A DNA stretch of 64,000 bases from contig MQRK01171719.1 in assembly GCA_001938485.1 (NCBI GenBank), forward strand, positions 1-64,000, in the 5' to 3' direction. Below are positions 1-11,263 of the stretch, piece after piece. Origin of the DNA: Girardia tigrina. Lineage: Eukaryota. Below the pieces are notes generated by a model that saw only the letters and a list, made by a program, of their open reading frames with translations, did no database searches and was not told where the DNA came from. How positions within the stretch are numbered: position 1 is the stretch's first letter; each line of letters begins with the position of its first letter. Made by a program: the position numbers and the translations under genes.

Positions 1-552
1 TAATTGAATTAATTTAATTTTTATTTTTAATTAGTTTTTAAATCAATTTTAATTATTTAATTTTATTTTTAACAAATGGTTAAAAAAAATAAGTAAAAAT
101 GGAATCGCAACGCGACCAACACGTTTTGATGGAATATTTGAAGCCTTGCCTGCCTTGACTGTATTTGAAACAGGTATCTGCATTGAAAAATTTGTAAAAT
201 TTACATGTTTTAAAGAAACTTTTACTTTATTTGAACANNNNNNNNNNNNNNNNNNNNNNNNNNNNNNNNNNNNNNNNNNNNNNNNNNNNNNNNNNNNNNN
301 NNNNNNNNNNNNNNNNNNNNNNNNNNNNNNNNNNNNNNNNNNNNNNNNNNNNNNNNNNNNNNNNNNNNNNNNNNNNNNNNNNNNNNNNNNNNNNNNNNNN
401 NNNNNNNNNNNACAATTTTGCGGACTATGAAAATTTTCCATACAACATCTGTATAAAGGACATTGTTGAATTTTCGTAGGCATTTTCTCTTGAATCATCT
501 TGGACATTATTTTTTTTTTTGAATATATTCTTTTTCGAACTGGTTTGTTTAT

Positions 553-683
553 AATCATTGTAAAATTCGAAGGACTTAATCAAGAGAACACCATGATGCA
601 GAAGAAAAGACTACTTCGACGATAAACTACATATTTTGTCAGATGGAGTAAGTACATTAGCTCATGGATATTATCTTTTGTGA
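553..683 (+). pseudogene. Protein-primed DNA polymerase B (Polinton-type), frameshifted C-terminal fragment
   Basis: Translates (with frameshifts) to CKIR..LNQENTMMQKKRL/FDDKLHILSDGVSTLAHGYYLL*, matching the Polinton pPolB C-terminal pattern K.ALS..DDKR.IL.DG..TLA.GHY. Confidence 0.7.
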
Positions 684-945
684 ATGATATACTTGTAAAT
701 ATTGTACATATGTTAATAAATTTTTGTTGAAAATACTTGTCTTACACCTATCTTTATTCATAACCTTGTAAAAAACAACTTTTATTTTATGTAACATTTA
801 AAATATAAAATATAAAAATATATAACATACAAAATATATAATATAAAAATATATAACATATAAAATATAACATATAAAATATATAATATAAAAAATATAT
901 AAGATATAAAATATTCAAGAGCACATTACGTTGAAATGTTAACTT

Positions 946-1020
946 AATGAATGCAATACATTAACATGATGAATGCAATACGTTGACATGATGGACGCAA
1001 TAAATTGAAATGATAGATGC
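946..1020. repeat. ~22-bp tandem repeat (ATGATGAATGCAATACRTTRAC), 3-4 diverged copies
   Basis: Direct reading of the repeated units. Confidence 0.75.
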
Positions 1021-1110
1021 ATGACGATATCTCCTTGGATACAGCCATGTTTTGAATGGTTGATATGATTACATAGTATAATATCATTTTATTATTTATA
1101 TTATAATATA

Positions 1111-1157
<47 letters not shown>

Positions 1158-1336
1158 TAATTATATTATATAATATTTGCACACATATTGTGCGTATGTT
1201 CGAAAAAGCACTATGTATTGATGTTTTCGAGAATCTAAGATCATATTCCAACTATTAACCTATGGGTTACTATACATGTGATCAGACAGATTTTCGATAT
1301 ATTGATTGCTTCATCTTATATACCCTGTGGGCATTC

Positions 1337-1510
1337 GGCCTCACTTTACACTATATGTATGTTCTTCCTCACTTTACACTATATGTATGTTCTACCTCAC
1401 TATATGTATGTTCTGCCTCACTTTAGACTATATGTATGTTCTGCCTCACTATATGTATGTGTTGCCTCACTTTAGACTATATGTATGTTTTGCTTCACTT
1501 TACACTATAT
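1337..1510. repeat. Minisatellite (CCTCACTTTACACTATATGTATGTTCT and a shorter 21-bp variant), ~7 units
   Basis: Direct reading. It explains the repetitive ORFs at 1278-1518. Confidence 0.9.
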
Positions 1511-1659
1511 TATATTAAAACATGAATACATTACACTTTGTACAATTGTGAACTTATTGATTTCATACATTTGCACATGTATAGTATTGATAAGCACATA
1601 TGTATCCTAGATAGCCTGCCCAGGCAGAATTGATTTTTTTTGCACATTTTTGTGTAATT

Positions 1660-1755
1660 TTGATGGTTTTTACGTGTTTTCGATGATTTTAAGGTATTTT
1701 TCATGATTTTAAGGTGTTTTTCATGATTTTAAGGAGTTTTTCATGGTTTTTAAGA
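1660..1755. repeat. 20-bp tandem repeat (TCATGATTTTAAGGTGTTTT), ~5 copies
   Basis: Direct reading; the units align at 20-bp spacing. Confidence 0.9.
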
Positions 1756-1844
1756 TAAAATTGATGGTTTCTAAGGTGTATATATAATATAATATATAAC
1801 ATAGTATAATATCTAATATTAAAATGTTACATATCATGGTTACG

Positions 1845-2250
1845 GTAACCATGGNNNNNNNNNNNNNNNNNNNNNNNNNNNNNNNNNNNNNNNNNNNNNN
1901 NNNNNNNNNNNNNNNNNNNNNNNNNNNNNNNNNNNNNNNNNNNNNNNNNNNNNNNNNNNNNNNNNNNNNNNNNNNNNNNNNNNNNNNNNNNNNNNNNNNN
2001 NNNNNNNNNNNNNNNNNNNNNNNNNNNNNNNNNNNNNNNNNNNNNNNNNNNNNNNNNNNNNNNNNNNNNNNNNNNNNNNNNNNNNNNNNNNNNNNNNNNN
2101 NNNNNNNNNNNNNNNNNNNNNNNNNNNNNNNNGCTAAGGTGATCGCGGCCGTTGCCATGGTAACCGTGGCCGTTGCTAAGGTGATCGCGACCGTTGCCAT
2201 GGCAACCCCGCGTGGTAACTGGTTACGTAACCATGGCAACCACGGTAACT
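1845..2250. promoter_or_regulatory. Tandem array of RFX X-box-like palindromes (21/42-bp period), partly hidden in a gap
   Basis: GTTGCCATGGTAAC 2151-2164, GTTGCTAAGGTGAT 2172-2185, GTTGCCATGGCAAC 2193-2206, GTAACCATGGCAAC 2227-2240, and GTAACCATGG 1845-1854 at the other edge of the gap. The motif match is direct; function is inferred. Confidence 0.55.
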
Positions 2251-2653
2251 AGGGACGACCCCCCCCGGGGGGTAGTGCCGCCGAAGGTACATTTCTCCCC
2301 TACTAAATTAATTTAAAATATAATATTAAATAAATATTAAAAAACATTATTCAATAAATAATATGTTTATACATTTACGACATTATGGTTTTGACGGGTA
2401 AAACTTTCAATGTTTTATTATATACTTAAATAAATTATAACTTGTACTAAACAATTTTTATTAATAATCTTAACTCGCAAAAGTTATTTTAATAAAAAAA
2501 TGAACGATTCCTTAATACTTAAGACAAATCATCGTTTTTAAATCATCTTTTTTAAAAAAAATCAACCTCAAAATAACACTTATCCACCAACATCGACGAT
2601 TACCATGTAAAGTTTATTATTATATTTTTAAATAGAATGTTTTCCTATCAATG

Positions 2654-2697
2654 ATCCACCTGATGATGTTCTGATAAGACCAAAACATGTTATGAAT
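2654..2697 (+). ncRNA. Decayed minimal hammerhead ribozyme of Penelope-like element type
   Basis: ATCCAC-CTGATGA-short stem II (GTTCT/AGAC)-CAAAAC (from CGAAAC)-palindromic ACATGT-ATGAAT (from GTGGAT). Three G>A changes separate it from a canonical minimal hammerhead. Confidence 0.5.
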
Positions 2698-4184
2698 TGC
2701 GAAATAATAAATTGTTACTGAAAAGATTTTTATTCGTTTTCTACGTTTCGTTAAATTAATTACATGTATATTAGGGTTATGACTTTTTGTAAAATCTGTT
2801 TTCTGGGGCGACAAATGATGAACTTGAACCTATCTATGACGAATATATCCTTTATTTTGATTGTTTTTAACGTGTCAAACACTAAATTGATACTAAGCAA
2901 AACTTATTTCTCGAAATGTTTTTGTACATAATTTCAATATAATTACGAAAGTGTGTGTTTATATGTGTATATTCGTTTTTATAAATTTTAAATGAAGATA
3001 TTTATCAATTTTGCACGTCATATAAATGTTTTCAATGGTCTTTAAAGCTCTTTCAGCTACAATTTTTGATCGAGAAAAATCAAAAACCTAGGGTTGAGTC
3101 ACTAAGTGTATTTTAAAACTTTGACAACCCAAATTGCATAGAGCTGATAGTAGATTATCGTATACACGAGTGTTGAAATGTTGCTTAGAAAACTAAATTG
3201 AGATAAAAGCATTAGATATTTGGGAGCAGAGATTATTTAACTTATCATATTTCTGAGACAAAATGAAATAAGCAAGAAGAGCAAATGTTCATCCGCAGTT
3301 CCATCTTGTATTATTATATATTTATAACTGTGTGTGAAATATTTATATATGTCCAACACGTTCCACTGATACAAATGTTTTGATCTATAAAAAGATTTTA
3401 TTTTATGAATTCCATTTGCAATAGAATTTATTAAATAATCGTGCAAATTTTAGAAATACGCAGAAACAAAAAGAATTTCATCAAAAATAAAAGAGTATTA
3501 AGACAGTTAAAAAAAATAAAATATTCTATGGTAAAATGTTACTCTAGAATATGACCTTACCTAAACAAACTTATAAGAATTAACTAGTTGTAAATTATAC
3601 TTGTAACATTTAAGTATGATACTTTATAAAAAAAACAAAGCAATCTCAGAAATAAATTAAATTATGATCTGAAATTGATTTCCTTTAACGAATAAAAAAT
3701 AAAATAAATATATGTTTATTAATAGAAAACAAATATTAATTATCCAAAATTTGAAAATCGACAGAATGGAAATGGAGCGATTTATCACACAAAAAATAAA
3801 GTATGCGTGAGCAGCAATGATATTAGTCACTTAGTATGTGTGAATTTGAGAGAACTTGTACAGACAACGTGGTTTAAATATGGCTTCGATATTACTGTTG
3901 TATTTTCAGATTCTCACGAAAAAAGGAGGATGCTTGAACAACGACTGATGGAATATTGTAAATAAATATCGTATTTTAATATGGAAATGATAGAAATGGT
4001 CTTTTTTAATCGGTTTCTTTCAACAGTTAGTATTTCAGTATCTGGTCACTGGGTTATAGTTTTCGATTTTCTTTTGAATTGATATAAATTATTTATGTTC
4101 TTCGGTAATTTCTCTCTTTTTGGTTGCAGTAAAAATTCCACATCATTTGCTTAGCGATATTTATTTTTTTGTATCGATTTTTTT

Positions 4185-6790
4185 ATTTGGCTTCTATAAA
4201 AACCAATAAGAATCTAGGTTATATTTTATATTTTGGATAATATTAATAATCATTTTACATGAGAAATGTGATTTCTTCTTGTAATGCATCGTCATTTGTA
4301 TCTTTAAAAGACTGAATTTAGTTTCGTTCATTCTAATTATCAATAAAATAAGGCAATGTCATTTAAAATTTTATGATAACTTTCTATCAACAAATATATG
4401 TAATTTTCATATCAATGATTTGCTCTTTGCTCCTAACCAGTTCGTTTAATGAAAATAAAAATTGGATTTTAGTTTGTATATGGGATTAGTTCAAAAATAT
4501 TTCTATGTGACTCTTGCGAACGAACATCATTGAACTCGTTTGATTACGGCGGAAGTCGTTGAAATTGCCATTTAGTAATTTGTTTATTTAATGATAATTA
4601 TAATTTTCTCCTGATCCCACAATATTTTTAATCTCAAATGTAATCATGAAATTCATTTACCATTGAACATTAGCTAAATATTCTTATAATAAATATTTTG
4701 ATAGTGTAGTAATGGAGATTCTGTAACTAATTTATAATATATTGTGTCTGTTTACTTTTGACATCATTTCTTTTTTTTAAAGTATGTATGTAGTGTTCTT
4801 GATCAGTGATGTATCCTCATTTTTAATTTTATTTATTTTTGTGTTTGTTGTCTTTTGTTGTATGTGTTGGTAAATTGAGTGAAGAATTTTTTTTCTTTGA
4901 GTTGTATAATTTATGAATTGCGAACTCCTTAAAAAATATTAAAAACAACTCAACTTTTTCTTTTCCTTTTCTTACTATACTCCTGTAGCACTTCCTTTTA
5001 AACGTTTTAAGTCTATTTATCCTCTTAAATTGCTCAGACAATATTTATTGATATTTATTCTGCTCTTGAGATGGATTTCTTTTAAGTTAAAAACTGTGCG
5101 AAGCTCAATCATTGAGCTCGTTGCAATACCATTCCGGCTTCTGATTTCTTCTTCCGTTCCGCGATTATCTGTGCTGGTAGAGCCTAAGTAATTGAAACCC
5201 TTAACTTGTTCAGCTTTTCCCTTTCACTGTCAATCTCGATTTTAACTTCGTTACATTAGTAGTTAAAATAGTTAACAAAAAATTCAAATCAATTAACATT
5301 AATTTCTGATACAAAATATTTTAATACTTTTTAACTAAAATTAATAATAAAATAAATATTAAAAGTTACCAATAAATATGAAAATAATATATTAATATAT
5401 AAACAAGTGTTTTACTAACACTTAAAGATTTTTTAGTGATTTATGTCTCTAAATAAATGTCGGTCAAAAAATATTTATGCTAAATGACGCTCTATTCTAA
5501 AAGATCCAGGAAATGAACGACATCTCTCAGATTTAATTTCCAAATCTTCAAAAACCGTTAATTTGATTCTAACTAAAGTGTTTAGTAATTCTTAAAAGAA
5601 ATTTATAAAATCCGCAAATTTAAATCGAAATCAAATTTAATAAAAATAATTATTTCTGACTTCTTGATAAAAGAAAATAAATTAAATTAAATGAAATCCC
5701 CATTGAATGGATATGGGTTTTCCAGACGTAAATTTGATAAAATGTATGAAATTAGAAGAGAATAATTTTAGAAAAATTTTAACAATTATAAATTCTGTAT
5801 TTTACTTTCATTGAAACATTGATTGACTTTTCTAACTAAAAATTATTTTATTTTCTTTTGCTGTTTTATTTTTATTAAACTAAAACACCTTTTTTTCGTT
5901 TAATATATAAAAATTGTATTATTTTTCTAAAAAAAGATGAATAAATGATTTACAGTGTTATAATTCGTAGTATCATGTAAAATTAAATTTTATTTTTTAA
6001 GTTTAAATATAATTTGTATTTAAAATAAGTTTAAATAAGGTAGAATTTTTATATTAATTTTAAATAATTATTTTTCAGTCTTTTCTAATGACACATAGTT
6101 AAATATATTGGTTCTTATAGATTTTAAATCTACTATGGGAATTAAATTTTAATGATAATTATTACTGCTTAATTTGTAAGTTCACTTTAATATAAATAAT
6201 AATTGAATGCAATAAGTTTTTATTACTGAAAAAACTTATCATTATAAGAAACTATCAAATGGAAAGACAATAATAAGTATTTTACTAATCACTAAAAGAA
6301 AAAAAATAGTCAGATGAGATAGAACAACCATGAACTCTAAACTTGTAAATTACCTGTGTAAAAAAAACCAGGCGGGAATTAATTTAAATATTTATTTGTG
6401 ATTTTTGAAGGGGAAATTGAAAAAGAGATTGCTAGATTTGGTGGAAAAATCTTCTATAGAATAAAAATCATCTTTTATTTTATTACTATATTAATGAGCG
6501 GGTGGAACTACTTTATGATATGTTTTAATACGTGTATACAAGGCATTGGGATACTTTGTAAGATAAATAAAATAAAATATAAATAATAAAATTAAAGACA
6601 AAACATTGCAATTTTTAGACGCCGGGATAACCATATTTAATGAGAATGATAATGGTCGTTTGCAAAATTTTGTTTCTTGTTTAATGAAAAAGAATTTTGT
6701 AGTCTTCTTTACTATAAAAGAAATTTCCACATATATATTCATTGATGAATTTATTAATAATTGGTTTCAAGTTATTAATTGGTATATAAT
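4185..6790 (+). pseudogene. Highly decayed M1-family aminopeptidase (APN/PSA/ERAP-like) gene
   Basis: Collinear remnants: GFYK (~4188), FYDNFL..DLLFAP (4370-4435), *NW.LV for the GAMEN-W motif (4456), EIAI**FVYLMI for HELAHQWFGNLVT (4561, same frame, 35 codons later), IYAK*RSILK (5473), MGFPDV (5713), NERVELLYDMF...LQFLDAG..FNEND (ERAP1-C-like, 6493-6650) with a 40-nt GT-AG intron at 6558-6597. Confidence 0.6.
4955..5250 (-). mobile_element. RTE-clade LINE fragment
   Basis: Reverse complement is homologous to ~14690-15000 (VKGFNYLGST, EEEIRSR.GIA, RLKTFKRKCYR). Confidence 0.8.
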
Positions 6791-6794
6791 AATA

Positions 6795-7714
6795 TCTACC
6801 AATACATGTTAATAATTATTATTAATCAAATACTTACAATTGCAAGTAGATAATAATAATAGAATTTAAAATACAAAAATCAATAAAAATTAATATTAAA
6901 AAAAATAAAATTTAAAAAAATTGAAAAATTAAATAAAAGAACATTAAAAATTTAAGAAATTGAAAAAATCAATATAACAATTAATTAAAAATAATAAACT
7001 TATATAAACTTATAAAAAATTATTATTTAAAAATAAATTAAAATATTTAATAAAAAACAAATTAATAAATAATAATTTAAAAGAATGAATAAATAATTAT
7101 TAATAATAAATAATAATTTTTTGAAAGGGAAGGAATCAATAATTTTTAAAAATAAATAAATAAATTATAATAAGTTTAATAAATAGTAATTAACTAGAAA
7201 AAGACCCGTCATATATGACTTGTGAGCTGAATTTTCGTCCTTGAAAGTTTCTGTTTTAATTTTAAAAATCGTAGTTATTATAATTTATTATTATCGTTTA
7301 ATAAACTATTGTTATTAATAATGTATTTATTATATTATTATTTTATTTTTAATTATTATTTATTAATTTGCTTTTATTAATTAAAAAAATTATTATATTT
7401 CTCTAAAATGTTTGCTTGTTTATTCGTTGGTTTGTCGTTCACGCTCAAGTTTTAATAAGATCATATATATGCTGATAAATTGCAAAATGTTAGAGGAACT
7501 GGATTGAATCTGAGTAAAGAAGTGATACATAACCCGAATCAAAACGGTTCTGTCTGAAAAATACCGGGAAGCCGACGAAATTGACTGGCTGTTAAATGAA
7601 CACCAAATTCGAAAATATAAATGATAAATTATAATAATTACGATTTAAAAATTAAAACAGAAACTTTCTGACGAAAATAAAGCTGACCCGTCATGTATCA
7701 TGGGTCTTTTTTAG
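6795..7714 (+). mobile_element. Non-autonomous Helitron (same family as 43654-44361)
   Basis: A|TC 5' end, body homologous to 43654-44361, 3' hairpin CCCGTCAT..CATGGG followed by TTAG|T. Confidence 0.75.
7194..7310 (-). mobile_element. Inverted Helitron 3' end nested in the previous element
   Basis: A|CTAGAAAAAGACCCGTCATATATGAC... is the reverse complement of the family 3' terminus and ~110 bp of subterminal sequence. Confidence 0.8.
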
Positions 7715-7724
7715 TATATATGTA

Positions 7725-8272
7725 CATTCGTGGCCATAATTCACCGGCCACCCTTGCATTTTAAAGAAAATTAATATTTACGTGCGTGCGTGTGTCTGTA
7801 AGTGCATGTAAATAATGTTCTTAATCAATATCCAACAAGAATACAGCTTCAGTGACATATCCATTGTGCTATTATGATATATAAAAGTATTTTTGTCAAG
7901 TATTTGTGACTATTCCGTCATAACTGGCTACAAAATTTTACCCACTCTGAGGGCACAAATCATCGCTTTACACGATACTGGAGTCTAAAACCGTGAAATT
8001 GCCCCGTGATTCAATATTAGCTGCACTGCAGTAGCCGACACTCTCCGTCTTCATCAAGCCACCGGCGCTTTTGCTTATACGAAACGCAGTGGAAGTACGC
8101 GTATCACAAGCAAGGTGACAGATCGAGCCATTTTGACATCCGGCCAGACATTGATAACCAGCTAACATTGATAATTGCGTAGCGCAAGAACCATTCATTG
8201 ACGTCTGGTTGAAGGAGGCTTTCGATCATAGAAGCATTTTTATTAGTGGCTGGTGAATTATGGCCACGACAA
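7725..8272 (+). mobile_element. Internally deleted Tc1-like element
   Basis: TIRs TCGTGGCCATAATTCACCRGCCAC at both ends in a TA context; internal frame LRAQIIALHDTGV*NREIA..FNISCTAVADTLR...KRSGSTRITSKVTDRAI is a Tc1 N-terminal HTH with a GRPR-like linker. Confidence 0.85.
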
Positions 8273-9403
8273 TATATATATATATATATATATAATTTGT
8301 ATATTTAAAGCAGTGTTTCCACAAATTATGACATTGAATATATTTATTTCTCATATTCATAGTTAAATCGTATATTATTGTGTTTAATTAAGCATTATAT
8401 TATAACATATATCAGAAAAAATTAATTAACTAAGACACATCTCCTGGGGTTATGAAGACGCCCAAACTGTGATAGTAAGAAAAAAAGAAAACTTCGTATC
8501 TCACAAAACTTAAGCAATAAAAAATTTTAATCTCCAACTGCGTTACAATTAAACAACATTAATTAATTAGAAATAAAACAATATCATAAACAAATGTAAA
8601 ATATTTTGAAAAATATTTTTATTGAAACTTATTATTATAAATATGTTTGCAAAATATAAAAAGTAAGACCAATCACTAATACGCTTTTTACCACAAGATT
8701 TTAATACAAGCATGATACACAAAAATTTTGAGTAATAAAAGAAAAATTATAAAAAAAATATTTTTTAACTAGCTGGTCGCTTAGTTCGACCCCTTCTATT
8801 ATCCTGCTTTAACTTTTGGTAATTCCAGTGTTAATCTTAAAAGTGTCTTTGAGCTTTGTATATTGTAGATTAAAGTCATTATAAAATTCAATAGTATATT
8901 ATTTTTTCGATTTATATGCTTTTATAACACCTGCTCTTTAGTTATCAGTCATTCATTTCAATTTTTAGGTTTAACATAAATATGATTGGGGTAGAAACAA
9001 AAACATTAAAAAAATAATCACAAAACTAAAATTTAAGGACACGTTTCTTTTGTCAAGTCTTTTCTTTACTGAGCTATGTATCATTATTGTATTGCATTTA
9101 TCTTTTTAATTTACATGTATTCTAAGCAAAGATTTTTGTATATTTTTACTTTTAAAAGTGTTTGCCAACTGAGAATCGTAGAAATTACAATACCAGCATT
9201 GGTGTAAAGGCTAGTGAGTCATAGACTCTGTATCGGATAGAAACCATAAATAATCAATACAGAACCTACTGACTTTCTCACACGACTTAAGACGCAAGAA
9301 TGCCAGCTTTTAGTACACGGGCATGCTTCAGTTTCCAAGTCAGAAGGGACCATTTATGATCTCACGTACCGAGATTATGTTGAGCATTTTAATATTTGTA
9401 TAG

Positions 9404-9765
9404 TTCTGCATGATTTTGGCTTGTGTGGGCTAGAATTTAATATTTTAATTGTTCTTTATAATATGATTTTAAAATGTATATTAAGTTTAAATGGAATAAT
9501 TTTCAGAATATATTATAATTTATTAAAGTATCATAAGGTAATAATGGCAAAAATATTTTAATTAAAAATTTTAAGTATTGAAATAACTTAGCCCATTAAG
9601 GTCATTTCAATACTTAAAATATTTAAAATATTTTAAAATAATTAAAATATTTTTGCCATTATTACCCAATAATAATTTAAACTTAATATACCTTTTAAAA
9701 TCATATTATAAATAACAATTTAAATAATAGATTTTAGCCCACACAAGCCAAAATCATAGAGAATC
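9404..9765. repeat. Back-to-back MULE terminal inverted repeats (~185 and ~165 bp) separated by the 9-bp spacer AGCCCATTA (9590-9598)
   Basis: Long imperfect palindrome (TGATTTTGGCTTGTGTGGGCTA...TAGCCCACACAAGCCAAAATCA); the right arm runs into the transposase start. Confidence 0.75.
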
Positions 9766-11005
9766 TTGGAAAATATAGTACGTCCAAAAGAAACAATATA
9801 ACTTTATTGTATCGCGGTCATGAATTTTTGTTTCATAGAGAACTGAGGAATGGGTCACGCGTTTGGCACTGTGCGAAGAATTGCAGTTGTATGCGCAAAG
9901 CTAAAATTGTGGCACGTGATCTTGTAATTGTTGAAAACAACAATTCCTCAACACTCAAACGAAGGTAACATAAGTTACGGTCTGGCTAGACTAGCTAATG
10001 GAGAAATTAAACGAAGGCTCGAGGATACTCTTGCTACACCAGGTGCAAAACAAGCTTCAGTCACTTCAACTCTCGCTGATCCTTTTTTGCACGCATTACC
10101 TAGGAAAACTACTTTATCAAGAGCACTAAGGAAATACAGACAAAAATGGAACGCCCACGGAGACACAGCTTTGCCTCTGATTCCAAACAATCGCAATTTT
10201 AGATGGCAGAACGCTTTAATCACTTCGTTCAGTTTGATTTGGGTCTTGGTGTATATTGTATTATTATACTTGGATGTCACGAGCTCGTCAACGGCTTGGT
10301 ACGTGCGTCCGTGTGGCTAGCAGATGGTACATTCAAGACAGTGCCAGACTTATTTTTCCAGCTTTACTCTATTCATTTTCAATTTATCCAGCTGCGTTAT
10401 ACTGTCTTTTACCAAATAAAACACTTGCCATGTACGACCGATTAATCCAGGAAGTAGTGCGTCTCATTCCGTGTGCAGCACCAAGAATTATTCTTACCAA
10501 TTTTGAAATGGCAGCAATGGGTGCATTTCAAGAAATATTTCCTGATGCTCGTACTACAAGCTGCTATTTCCATCTTGCCCAAAGCGTAATACGAAAGGTA
10601 CATGTGGTTGGACTGAAAGTGGAATTTGAAACTAATAAAGATGTATGTATCGGTGTTCGTTGTCTTGCTGCCCTATCTCATGTAAAAGTAAAAGATGTTA
10701 CAGAGGCCTTCAAACTGTTATCAGACTCGATGCCGGCAATTAATAACATTGACGAGGTGCTGACATACTTCAATCACACTTACATCCGAGGACGTCGCAT
10801 GCGTGGTCGTGGAGAAAACTACAAACCTGCCTTATTTGCAATTGAAACTTGGAATTAAATGCAGACGATTGGCGATGGTGTAGCAAGTACGAACGAACAA
10901 CATTTGCGAAGGATGGCATAAAAAGTCTACAGTCGCTGCTACAATGTAGTCACCCAACAATGTGGCGTTTCCTTGACTGTCTGCTTATGGACTACATGAA
11001 GCAGA
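9756..11005 (+). pseudogene. MULE (Mutator-like) transposase with N-terminal FLYWCH finger, frameshifted
   Basis: LLYRGHEF..RVWHCAKNCSC (FLYWCH); WLADGTFKTVPDLFFQLYSIH; YCLLPNKT; TNFEMAAMGAF..FP..TSCYFHLAQSV; YFNHTYI; TNNICEGWH..CSHPTMWRF. Confidence 0.92.
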
Positions 11006-11214
11006 AAATAAATAAATAACCATAAAAAATAAATAACAAAATAACCATAAAACCGTTATTCTTTTAACTAAAATATTTGCATTACATTAATATTTAGATT
11101 AGATTTTATCATTTATATGCGGTCTTAGTTTGTGAATACATTTTTTTCAATATTAAATCTAGTAGGCCTTTATGTGGACCAAAACAAACAAATTCTTTGC
11201 TTTCATATATACAG

Positions 11215-11263
<49 letters not shown>

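Larger units (their letters stand above)
1..2304. mobile_element. Right-terminal portion of a Polinton/Maverick element (left part outside the window)
   Basis: pPolB C-terminal motif at ~553-683; several subterminal minisatellites; GC-rich terminal block ending ...TTCTCCCCTACT at 2304 (reverse complement AGTAGGGGAGAA, an AG/AGT-type Polinton terminus), then an abrupt return to AT-rich DNA. Candidate 6-bp TSD AAATTA (2305-2310) cannot be verified without the other end. Confidence 0.7.

Noticed and set aside
49-558. Long ORFs spanning N runs (also 1721-2252, 39388-39645, 47555-47788, 50095-51138)
   Set aside because: They are artefacts of translating assembly gaps.
1278-1518. Repetitive ORFs, or a CRISPR-like look
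   Set aside because: This is a simple minisatellite with no unique spacers and no cas genes, in a eukaryotic context.
3726-3965. 79-codon open frame after an AG (KTNINYPKFENRQ...LMEYCK*)
   Set aside because: It could be an exon, but it has no recognisable motif and frames of this length can occur by chance in a window this size.
9196-9240. tRNA-like A-box (TGGTGTAAAGGCTAG)
   Set aside because: There is no T-arm/B-box or cloverleaf, and it is better explained as internal MULE sequence.
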